Positions 9,584 through 17,338 of a stretch of DNA of 34,359 nucleotides are shown here, piece by piece; the first letter of the stretch is position 1, and each line of letters starts with the position of its first letter. The stretch lies in contig JBMYOQ010000047.1 of assembly GCA_049599475.1 (NCBI GenBank), positions 1 to 34,359 on the forward strand. The letters are read 5' to 3'. Origin of the DNA: Opitutales bacterium. Its GTDB lineage: Bacteria; Verrucomicrobiota; Verrucomicrobiia; Opitutales; JABSRG01. The notes beneath the pieces are model-generated. The model did not search any database. It was not told the DNA's origin and saw only the letters and a program-made list of their open reading frames with translations. Position numbers and translations under genes: made by a program.

Positions 9584-10570
9584 GTGCCGCAAATTAAACA
9601 TATTTTCAGCGAGATGCATTACCAGATCACCCGCACCATTGCGGAGGGCGGCATGGGAGTGGTCTACGAGGGCTTAGAGCGTGGATCTGGAGGATTTCGT
9701 AAACGCATTGCTATCAAGCTGATACGTGAAGAATACTCGCAATTTGAGGAGTTTCAAAACAACTTCATTGGAGAGGCAAAATTAGTCGCCGATTTGATCC
9801 ATACAAACATCGTTCAGACCTATCATTTGGGCGAAATCAACAAGCAGTACTACATGACTATGGAGTACGTAAACGGGATCAATCTAGAGGAATTTTTATT
9901 AAAACACATCAACACCAACCAACGCGTTCCCGTTGATCTAGCTGTTTTTATTACCTCCCGCGTATGTCGAGGTCTTGCCTACGCGCACACCAAAACAGAC
10001 ATCGAAGGGCGTCCATTAGGCATCGTTCACCGCGATGTGAACCCCAAAAACATCATGATCGCCTATGAGGGCGATGTGAAGTTGACGGACTTCGGCATCG
10101 CGAAGGCACTTGACCTGATGTACAACGTCGAGGGCGAAGTGATTGCCGGCAAGGATGAATACCTGTCCCCGGAGCAGGCCAATCGCGAGATCACCGATGC
10201 GCGCGCTGACCTATTCGGCACCGCGATCGTCATGGTAGAATGTCTTTTGGGTTATAACATTTTCGAAGCAGACACCCCGGAAGAAACCCGCGAAAATATC
10301 CAGAGTCTGCCGATTCCGGACTTCCGAAAATTGCGAAATGGTATTGACGACCGCTTGAACGATATTTTGCACAGCGCTTTCAAACGCCCTCGCGAGGAGC
10401 GTTATCAAAGCGCGAATGAAATGCTCAACGCCCTCGAGCTTTACATGTATGGCGATGGCTACGGGCCGACCAACGAGAAGCTCGCCCTCTATGTAAAAGA
10501 CCTCATGGGCGACGACGGTGGACTTGCCAGCGAACGCTGGGCCACCGGCCAAACCCCAGGCCTCATCTAA
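9584..10570 (+). CDS. Hanks-type Ser/Thr protein kinase, soluble (kinase domain only)
   Basis: '[10 protein letters not shown]', 'IAIK', '[10 protein letters not shown]', 'DFGIAK', 'YLSPEQ', 'ADLF' and 'REERY'. No TM segment. Confidence 0.92.
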   Translation: MPQIKHIFSEMHYQITRTIAEGGMGVVYEGLERGSGGFRKRIAIKLIREEYSQFEEFQNNFIGEAKLVADLIHTNIVQTYHLGEINKQYYMTMEYVNGINLEEFLLKHINTNQRVPVDLAVFITSRVCRGLAYAHTKTDIEGRPLGIVHRDVNPKNIMIAYEGDVKLTDFGIAKALDLMYNVEGEVIAGKDEYLSPEQANREITDARADLFGTAIVMVECLLGYNIFEADTPEETRENIQSLPIPDFRKLRNGIDDRLNDILHSAFKRPREERYQSANEMLNALELYMYGDGYGPTNEKLALYVKDLMGDDGGLASERWATGQTPGLI

Positions 10571-10645
10571 ACTTTTAGCGTAACCCCAGCTCTCACCCAG
10601 AATAACTTCTCCACACTTCTCCTAAACAACATCTGATCTCTCTGT

Positions 10646-12100
10646 ATGAGCCAAGGATTACAACAAGTCCAGAAGCAGACTCAAACGCTGATTCTGGCAC
10701 CACAACTAAGACAGTCTCTTAAAATCCTCCAAGCACCAGCGCTGGAGCTGCGCAGCGCAATTCTTGAAGAACTCCAGAGCAATCCTCTTCTTGAAGAGAT
10801 GCCCATGGATGGCGTGAGTATCGAAGAAAAAACAAGCGACAACGAGCGCGATGATACTCCAGACACCACCGGCGAAGAATCCAAAGAGATGGATTTCACC
10901 GAAGATTTTCAAATCCTCAACCAGCTTTCCGAAGACTGGAAGGAGCACTTTGCACAGGAGAATAATAACAACGTCTACACATCTGAAGACGCCGAACGCC
11001 GCCAGCATTTCTTCGATTCCCTCGTTTCTGAAACCTCCCTTCAGCAGCACCTTATGGAGCAAGCAGAGCTGCTAGAAATGGATGAAGACACCTTTCAAGC
11101 CCTCGAATATCTCATTGGATCTATTGACGACAAGGGCTTCCTGACGGCGAAACCTGGCGATATCGCCCTGATGGCAAATCTCCCTTTCCGCACAGTCGTC
11201 AAGGCACACGAACTCCTAAAGACTTTTGACCCTCCAGGTATCGGGTGCAGCAACCTCCAGGACTGCCTGATTCAACAGCTCAAGCTGAAAGGCCGCGGTG
11301 AATCGCTAACGGTAAAGATCATCAAAAAATACTATGATCTTTTGCTGCGTCGCCGCATTCCGGACCTGGCTCGCAAGCTGAACGCCACGATCGATGAAAT
11401 TCAGCGCTCGATCGAAGAAATTGCCAATTTGGATCCAGCCCCTGGTCGACGTTTCAGCGAGGATAACAATCGCGTCATTACGCCCGATGTAAAGGTCTTC
11501 AGAGACGACGAAGAGTTCCAGATCATACTCAATTCGGATTACATTCCGAAACTGCGCCTCAGCAACGCCTACAAAGAGCTCATCGCCAAGGGCACGCTCA
11601 GCGCAAAGGAAAAAGAGTATGTCCAAGACAAAATGCGCTCTGGAAAATTTTTGATCAACTCCATCGAGCAGCGCCAGCAGACTATCGAGCGTATCACCCG
11701 TGAGATACTGAAGCACCAGGCCGAGTTTTTCGAAGAAGGCGTATCTAAATTGCGCCCCCTTACGATGAACCAGATTGCTCAGGAAGTCGGCGTCCATGAA
11801 ACCACGGTTTCTCGAGCCATCGCCAACAAATACATTGAAACGCCCTTCGGCGTCTTTGACTTCAAGTATTTCTTCACCCCGGGCTATAAGTCCAAGGACG
11901 GAAAGAGTGTCTCCAACACCAGCATCAAAGAGATTATTGCAAACCTCATTGACAGCGAAGACAGCTCCAAACCTCTGAGCGACCAAGAAATCGTGAATAT
12001 TCTGGCGAAACAAGATTTCAAAATTGCACGTCGCACCGTCGCCAAATACCGCGAGGAGCTCGGTATCCTACCCACGAATCTGCGCCGCAGATACAAGTAA
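10646..12100 (+). CDS. rpoN: RNA polymerase sigma-54 factor
   Basis: Gln/Leu-rich region I ('PQLRQSLKILQ...NPLLE'), 'HETTVSRA' HTH and the RpoN box 'ARRTVAKYRE'. Confidence 0.98.
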   Translation: MSQGLQQVQKQTQTLILAPQLRQSLKILQAPALELRSAILEELQSNPLLEEMPMDGVSIEEKTSDNERDDTPDTTGEESKEMDFTEDFQILNQLSEDWKEHFAQENNNNVYTSEDAERRQHFFDSLVSETSLQQHLMEQAELLEMDEDTFQALEYLIGSIDDKGFLTAKPGDIALMANLPFRTVVKAHELLKTFDPPGIGCSNLQDCLIQQLKLKGRGESLTVKIIKKYYDLLLRRRIPDLARKLNATIDEIQRSIEEIANLDPAPGRRFSEDNNRVITPDVKVFRDDEEFQIILNSDYIPKLRLSNAYKELIAKGTLSAKEKEYVQDKMRSGKFLINSIEQRQQTIERITREILKHQAEFFEEGVSKLRPLTMNQIAQEVGVHETTVSRAIANKYIETPFGVFDFKYFFTPGYKSKDGKSVSNTSIKEIIANLIDSEDSSKPLSDQEIVNILAKQDFKIARRTVAKYREELGILPTNLRRRYK

Positions 12101-12112
12101 GCTATCGCTACC

Positions 12113-12682
12113 GTGCGCCTCACAGAACGCGTGCATCAGGCACTTTCGGAGCTGCTGGCCCCGGGAGACTGCGCTATCGATGCGACCATGGGGAATGGCT
12201 ATGACACACTGTTTCTGGCGAATTCCGTGGGGCCAAAGGGAAAAGTCTGGGCATTCGATATACAAGAAGCGGCTCTAGAGAGCACACGTAAACGGCTGAT
12301 CGACGGAGAGTCGGATCATGTAACCCTGGTCCACTCCGGCCATGAGACGATGAAAGCTCATTTACCCGAAGATGCTTACGGACAAATCAAAGCCATCGTT
12401 TTTAACCTCGGATACCTTCCTGGGACCGACAAATCCGTCACTACCCACGCTGAGTCCACCCTATCGGCCATCGAAGCAGGCCTCGAGCTACTCTCACCAA
12501 CAGGCGCGATTCACATACTCTGCTACACAGGCCATTCCGAGGGATACAGCGAGTGGCAGCAGCTACAGGAATGGATGAGTCAACAGGCCCCAGAAAAAGC
12601 CCATATACGCCTCATGAGCTCATTCGATGAAGAACGACGCCCACCTGTTTGGATCGAGCTAAGCAGGCGACTCCCTGCGTAG
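12113..12682 (+). CDS. mnmM: Class I SAM methyltransferase, YtqB/MnmM family (tRNA mnm5(s2)U34 methyltransferase)
   Basis: 'DATMGNGYDTLFLA', 'AFDIQ..A', 'GHE', 'FNLGYLPG.DK...T' and 'Y.GH..G..E'. Confidence 0.8.
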   Translation: MRLTERVHQALSELLAPGDCAIDATMGNGYDTLFLANSVGPKGKVWAFDIQEAALESTRKRLIDGESDHVTLVHSGHETMKAHLPEDAYGQIKAIVFNLGYLPGTDKSVTTHAESTLSAIEAGLELLSPTGAIHILCYTGHSEGYSEWQQLQEWMSQQAPEKAHIRLMSSFDEERRPPVWIELSRRLPA

Positions 12683-12689
12683 CCTAAAC

Positions 12690-12720
12690 TTGATTTTCCA
12701 GCTCGGATCACCTATAAAAT
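12690..12720 (+). promoter_or_regulatory. Putative sigma70-type promoter of trhO
   Basis: TTGATT (12690-12695), 17-nt spacer, TATAAA(AT). The ATG follows within 7-9 nt and there is no Shine-Dalgarno. Confidence 0.45.
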
Positions 12721-12727
12721 CCTCGCT

Positions 12728-13636
12728 ATGCCTGAAATCGTAATCCGAGCTTTCTACAAATTCGTACACTTGCCAGACTTTGAAGAGGTCCGCGAGCGCC
12801 TCTTGAAGGTCGCCACAGAGCAGGAAATCAAAGGCACAATCCTCCTCGCAGAGGAAGGCATCAACGGAACCGTTGCCGGATTGCGTGAGCAAATGGATGC
12901 CCTGTTCGCGGCAATTCGCGAAGACTCACGCTTAGAAAGCCTGAGCTACAAAGAGTCGATTTCAGAAGAACAACCTTTCTACCGCATCAAGGTCCGCCTG
13001 AAAAAGGAGATCGTCACAATGGGTGTCCCCCATATCGACCCCAATCAAACGGTCGGCACCTACATTAAAGGCGAGGAATGGAATCAACTCATTTCCGATC
13101 CAGATACCATCGTCGTGGACACCCGCAACGATTACGAAGTCGCCATTGGCACCTTCAAGAATGCTGTAAATCCAAATACGCAGTCGTTTCGAGAATTCCC
13201 ACAATGGGTCGAGGACAATAAAGAGAACCTCGAAGGGAAGAAGATTGCGATGTTCTGCACCGGTGGCATTCGCTGTGAGAAATCTACGGCGTTTATGAAA
13301 GAGAGCGGCTACAAGGATGTCTATCACCTCGACGGCGGTATTCTCCAGTATCTCGAAGACATGCCAAAAGAGAAAAGTCTCTGGGATGGCGAATGCTTCG
13401 TCTTCGACAATAGAGTCGCGGTAAACCACGACCTTGAGCCCGGCTCCTATGATATGTGCCACGCCTGCCGTATGCCACTTTCAGAAGAGGACATGAAGTC
13501 TGAACTCTTCGTCCAGGGCGTATCTTGCCCTCATTGTCACGACAAGCATTCAGAAGAACGCAAGGCCGCCTTCGAGATGCGACAAAAACAAATCGAGCTA
13601 GCCAAACAACGCGGAACCTGCCACATCGGCAGTTAG
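12728..13636 (+). CDS. trhO: Oxygen-dependent tRNA uridine(34) hydroxylase TrhO (YceA/UPF0176 rhodanese family)
   Basis: 'FYKFV', '[13 protein letters not shown]', '[12 protein letters not shown]', '[11 protein letters not shown]', 'GGILQYLE', '[10 protein letters not shown]' and the C-terminal 'CHACR...SCPHC'. Confidence 0.93.
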   Translation: MPEIVIRAFYKFVHLPDFEEVRERLLKVATEQEIKGTILLAEEGINGTVAGLREQMDALFAAIREDSRLESLSYKESISEEQPFYRIKVRLKKEIVTMGVPHIDPNQTVGTYIKGEEWNQLISDPDTIVVDTRNDYEVAIGTFKNAVNPNTQSFREFPQWVEDNKENLEGKKIAMFCTGGIRCEKSTAFMKESGYKDVYHLDGGILQYLEDMPKEKSLWDGECFVFDNRVAVNHDLEPGSYDMCHACRMPLSEEDMKSELFVQGVSCPHCHDKHSEERKAAFEMRQKQIELAKQRGTCHIGS

Positions 13637-13736
13637 AGCCTTTCTCAAAATTGTTTAGGTATTCAAATGGTAGGGCTAACCGTCGATGGTGTGGATCTAC
13701 CAAAATAAACGAGAATACCTTTGAGAAACCGTCTAA
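13633..13736. mobile_element. MITE-like element with IS5/IS1182-style ends enclosing a collapsed GGTAG...CTACC pair
   Basis: TTAGAGCCTTTCTCAAA and TTTGAGAAACCGTCTAA match 14/17 as an inverted pair, with TA at both ends. The reverse complement of 13696-13731 closely matches 34312-34346. Confidence 0.6.
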
Positions 13737-13760
13737 GCCGAATCCCAAGCTAAAGAAGCG

Positions 13761-13786
13761 GTTGCGTGAGGACACGCAACGCTACC
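13761..13786 (-). repeat. REP-like hairpin GGTAGC-GTTGCGTG-TCCT-CACGCAAC
   Basis: Perfect 8-bp stem with a GGTAG foot. Related partial copies lie at 4704-4721 and 20901-20927. Confidence 0.65.
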
Positions 13787-13874
13787 TTTTCGTCAAGATT
13801 TTGATCCCAATCTATCGATCTATGCGGTTGCGCTCGCTGAGCTACAACCGCATCTCAGAAGAAAATTCTGCGCC

Positions 13875-15254
13875 TCAGATCAGTCCTTCACCAAATTCCC
13901 ATCCCTTGCGGACCGGTTCTTTGACGTAGGCATTCAACGACGAATCTTTGAAAGTCATCGTCTCAGGCAAGTATTCGACCATCTTTTGCGAGCGATTTGC
14001 AATCGTTCCGAGAATCACGCTCTCGGTGAGAGGCACGGCGTAGTCAAAATTTGATCCAGGTTTCTCGATCTCTCCGCGAATGGCTCCTATCACTTCCCGA
14101 ATCGGACCTCCGATGGCGCGCGGAATCGTCTTCGGTGGAAGCTGGCGACGCATTTCCAACCAGTTTTCAGTCAAGCGTGGGCTCGTTGGGCGCATACCCG
14201 GCGAATAGATAGTATTGTCGTTTCCGACAAGGAGACAGCCCCCTGCCCGCTCATACTTGATCTCACCCGTCTTTTCGTCGCGCATCGACTCCGGGAATTT
14301 CGGCAAGCGTCCCCCTTCATACCAGTAGACCTTCACAGGCGGTTGATCCCCCACAGCTCCAAATTCATAGACATAGGTTGCCGAATCAGAACTTGGTTTC
14401 TTAGCCCCGACATCGCTACTGAAATCGAGATCACTCATGTAGACCTTTTCCGGGTATCCTAATTGCATCGCGTAGATCGGGATATCGAGCGTATGGCAGC
14501 CAATATCGCCCAAGCCACCTAAACCGAATTCCCAATACCAGCGCCAGCCCTTCGGCGCATATGCCGAATTGTAATCGCGCATCTCAGCGGGCCCGAGCCA
14601 AAGATCCCAATCCAGGGTAGACGGTATCGGTTGGGCGGCTGGACGCGGAGCTGCCGCGTTGGAATTATTCTTAGTAGTGCGGTTTGTCCACGCATGCACT
14701 TCGCGGACCGTCCCGAGGAGGCCTGCCTCATACCATTCACGGATGTAGCGCATCCCTTGCATGGTATGCCCTTGATTCCCCATAACCGTCTGCACATTAA
14801 ATTTGTGTGCTGCGGCCTGGAGCGTGCGCGCTTCCCAGATATTGTGGGTCAATGGTTTCTGAGTCTGCACCGCAATCCCCTTTTCCATGGCTGCATAGGT
14901 GGCGGCAAAGTGGGTGTGATCTGGCGTGCTGATGATTACCAAATCGAGCTCCTTGTAATGCACGTCGAGCATTTTTCGGAAGTCCTTGTAGCGCTTAGCA
15001 TTCGGGAAAGCCTCATAGCCAATCGCGCCCTGCACGTCGTCGACCTCCGCGATGGCAACTACGTTGTGATCGCGACAATCCTTAAAGGCGGTCTTGGCTA
15101 TCCCTCCACTGCCGACTAGGGCGATATTCACTTTGGAGTTCGCAGTCAGACCGGGTCTTCCAATTGCAAATGGGGATAAGATAGCTGTGCCTCCTAGGGC
15201 CGCGCTTGCCTTTAGGATGTCTCTACGGGATAGGTTCGTTGTGATCATACTCAA
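13875..15254 (-). CDS. Tat-exported Gfo/Idh/MocA-family NAD(P)-dependent oxidoreductase
   Basis: Twin-arginine 'SRRDILK' plus hydrophobic stretch, Rossmann 'IALVGSGG', 'ISTPDHTH', 'QKPLTH', 'LDWDLWLGPA' and 'GDIGCHTLD'. Confidence 0.9.
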   Translation of the reverse strand: MSMITTNLSRRDILKASAALGGTAILSPFAIGRPGLTANSKVNIALVGSGGIAKTAFKDCRDHNVVAIAEVDDVQGAIGYEAFPNAKRYKDFRKMLDVHYKELDLVIISTPDHTHFAATYAAMEKGIAVQTQKPLTHNIWEARTLQAAAHKFNVQTVMGNQGHTMQGMRYIREWYEAGLLGTVREVHAWTNRTTKNNSNAAAPRPAAQPIPSTLDWDLWLGPAEMRDYNSAYAPKGWRWYWEFGLGGLGDIGCHTLDIPIYAMQLGYPEKVYMSDLDFSSDVGAKKPSSDSATYVYEFGAVGDQPPVKVYWYEGGRLPKFPESMRDEKTGEIKYERAGGCLLVGNDNTIYSPGMRPTSPRLTENWLEMRRQLPPKTIPRAIGGPIREVIGAIRGEIEKPGSNFDYAVPLTESVILGTIANRSQKMVEYLPETMTFKDSSLNAYVKEPVRKGWEFGEGLI

Positions 15255-15324
15255 ATTGTCTCCTTTTCTAATATTAAATCGGCCGGATACGGATCTTGGA
15301 TTAGGCCTTTTTCATTAATCAGTG

Positions 15325-16749
15325 CTATTTCCTCTTATTGCGGTGGGCATGCACGTATGGCAGCATCTCAAACTCAGGGAGTTGGGCACTGAGCTTTTCC
15401 ACGACCGCGCTGTATTCAGGATTCGAGGCTAAGTTCGTCCATTCGTTCGGATCTTTGGTGGAATCATATAATTCCATCTCACCGTCTCCGTATCGAATCA
15501 ACCGATACTCTTCTGTCCGGATTGCGATGTGATCGCGATATGCCGAGAAAACAGGGTAATCGTGCGGCGTATCGATATCTTTCAACAAAGGAACCAAGGA
15601 GCGTCCATCAACATGCTCGGGTATGTCCATACCTGTAAGTTCCATTAGTGTAGGATACAAATCGAGGAGCGAAACCGGAGTCTTGGAGACTTGCATCGGC
15701 TTTGTAACGCCAGGTGCCCGCACCATGAACAAAACATTCGTGCCGTCTTCCCAGAGAGTTCCTTTTTGCCAGTGCTCTTTCTCGCCTACATGGAAACCGT
15801 GATCACTGATAAGCACGACAATTGTATTATCCTTGTAAGGACTTGCCTCAAGTGCATCGAGCACGCGCCCCATCTGGGCATCCGCGAAGGTTGTCGTGCC
15901 TAGATAAGCCTGAACGCCACTGCGATAAGACCCAACATCCATAGCCTTCTTATAGGATCCACTAATCAGATCGCGTCCCTGTTCGGGGACGTCGGATAAA
16001 TCACCATCCTTAAATGGCGGCAAGGTGATTGAATCCAAGGGATACATATCGAGGTATTTCTGTGGAATCCACCAGGCCATGTGCGGGAGAAAAAGGCCGC
16101 AGGTGATGACAAACGGCTTGTCGTGATCCATTTGCAAGGCTTTGACCGCGGTATCCGCCTTCAAATAGTCATTCATCTCTGTCTCATCCAAATGAGTAGG
16201 CCCCCAATCAGTCTCGGGCACCTTCTCGCCTCGACGCGTCACAACGCCCGCGAAAGGAGCATTCGGCGGAGCTGGGTCTCGGCGATGCCTGAAACTTATG
16301 TCGGCATCGATACCGATATCATAGCCATGGCTCACCTTTCCGGATTGGACCATAAAATAGCCTGCATCCTGAAACTCCTTTAAAAAAGTCGTGGACTTTG
16401 CTAACGCCGGATTCTTCTTGATATCCAGTGCGTTGTCAGTGTGACCAGATACCCACGGAGCCACGCCATTCAAGAAAGCAGTGCGCGACGGGGAACACTT
16501 CGGGCTAGCGGTATAAGCCCGCTTAAAATTCACACCGCTTTCGGCAAAAGCGCTGATGTTCGGAGTCGTTACTTTACCTGCATAACGTCCAGCGCGCTCC
16601 AACTGCCAAGTATTCAAATCATCAATGATTAGAAGCAAGATATTGGGAGCATCTCCTTGCTTGAGGCCAAATGCTGAATTTACGGTAAGTGCGGATACGG
16701 TGAAAAACGCCAGAAGTCGGCGTATTTTCTGTGATAGAGGGAGTTTCAT
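15325..16749 (-). CDS. Formylglycine-dependent (S1) sulfatase, secreted
   Basis: 'PNILLLIIDDL', CxPxR motif 'CSPSRTAFLNG', 'GKVSH', 'SDHGFHVGEKEHWQK' and 'ELYD...DPNEWTNLA'. N-terminal signal peptide. Confidence 0.93.
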   Translation of the reverse strand: MKLPLSQKIRRLLAFFTVSALTVNSAFGLKQGDAPNILLLIIDDLNTWQLERAGRYAGKVTTPNISAFAESGVNFKRAYTASPKCSPSRTAFLNGVAPWVSGHTDNALDIKKNPALAKSTTFLKEFQDAGYFMVQSGKVSHGYDIGIDADISFRHRRDPAPPNAPFAGVVTRRGEKVPETDWGPTHLDETEMNDYLKADTAVKALQMDHDKPFVITCGLFLPHMAWWIPQKYLDMYPLDSITLPPFKDGDLSDVPEQGRDLISGSYKKAMDVGSYRSGVQAYLGTTTFADAQMGRVLDALEASPYKDNTIVVLISDHGFHVGEKEHWQKGTLWEDGTNVLFMVRAPGVTKPMQVSKTPVSLLDLYPTLMELTGMDIPEHVDGRSLVPLLKDIDTPHDYPVFSAYRDHIAIRTEEYRLIRYGDGEMELYDSTKDPNEWTNLASNPEYSAVVEKLSAQLPEFEMLPYVHAHRNKRK

Positions 16750-16998
16750 GAATTTTTGGATTCGTTGGGTGCGGTAATTCAGGCCGTGGTGTGCCTAACC
16801 AAGCTCAGTGATAAAATCTCTACGCATGCATGGGAAAACAAATCGAACGCGCTCAAGTTGCGTAATCATTTCCACTGGAGAGGCGGCCTAGGAATGTTTT
16901 TTATGGAATTCTGGATATGGTCCGCATTGAAAGGTCGGGGTTATGGAATTGCGAAACCTGATATCATAGAGTTTTTACACATAATTACCATTCTATCA

Positions 16999-17020
16999 TT
17001 ACCCCACTTATAGTGGGTAA
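16999..17020. promoter_or_regulatory. Pseudo-palindrome TACCCCA-N7-TGGGTAA (copy 1)
   Basis: TTACCCCACTTATAGTGGGTAA. The same arms and spacing occur at 23131-23152. Confidence 0.45.
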
Positions 17021-17095
17021 GCAGCAGCTCCACACAAGTGCTGCTGCTCCTTAAACCCTTTCTCAAAATAAATTTCGCCAACCTGGGCGGGCATA

Positions 17096-17254
17096 GTCCT
17101 CAGTCTGTCTCAAAACTCGGATAAATCTCTATTTAGCTAGCGCTCGCTCACCGAGCGAACATGACTCGGCCTTAGCCGCGCTAGTCGTTTGGGCTAACGC
17201 GCTCATGCCGGATACGGTGATCCGGCGCCACCACTTGTGAGACAAACTGAGGAC
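17096..17254. mobile_element. MITE-like element: 20-bp terminal inverted repeats enclosing a 110-bp REPIN-like doublet
   Basis: GTCCTCAGTCTGTCTCAAAA and TTGTGAGACAAACTGAGGAC match 18/20 as an inverted pair. The core 17125-17234 is nearly identical to the reverse complement of 29315-29428. Confidence 0.75.
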
Positions 17255-17338
17255 AGCACCTCTCCCGGATAACTCACGATCATAATCTGGGCTCAATGCG
17301 AACGGACCTTCGAGAATGGGTATAAACTGGCACTTAAA

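Noticed and set aside
11306..12013. 235-aa antisense ORF inside rpoN (and similar shadow ORFs across the window)
   Set aside because: It lies fully opposite a well-supported gene, has no recognisable motifs, and is explained by codon bias.
13822..13853. ATGCGGTTG...CAACCGCAT hairpin as an intrinsic terminator
   Set aside because: The stem is real but there is no U-tract on either strand. It is more likely part of the repeat cluster.
16756..17013. 85-aa plus-strand ORF upstream of the sulfatase
   Set aside because: AT-rich promoter-like DNA, TTG start and no recognisable protein features.
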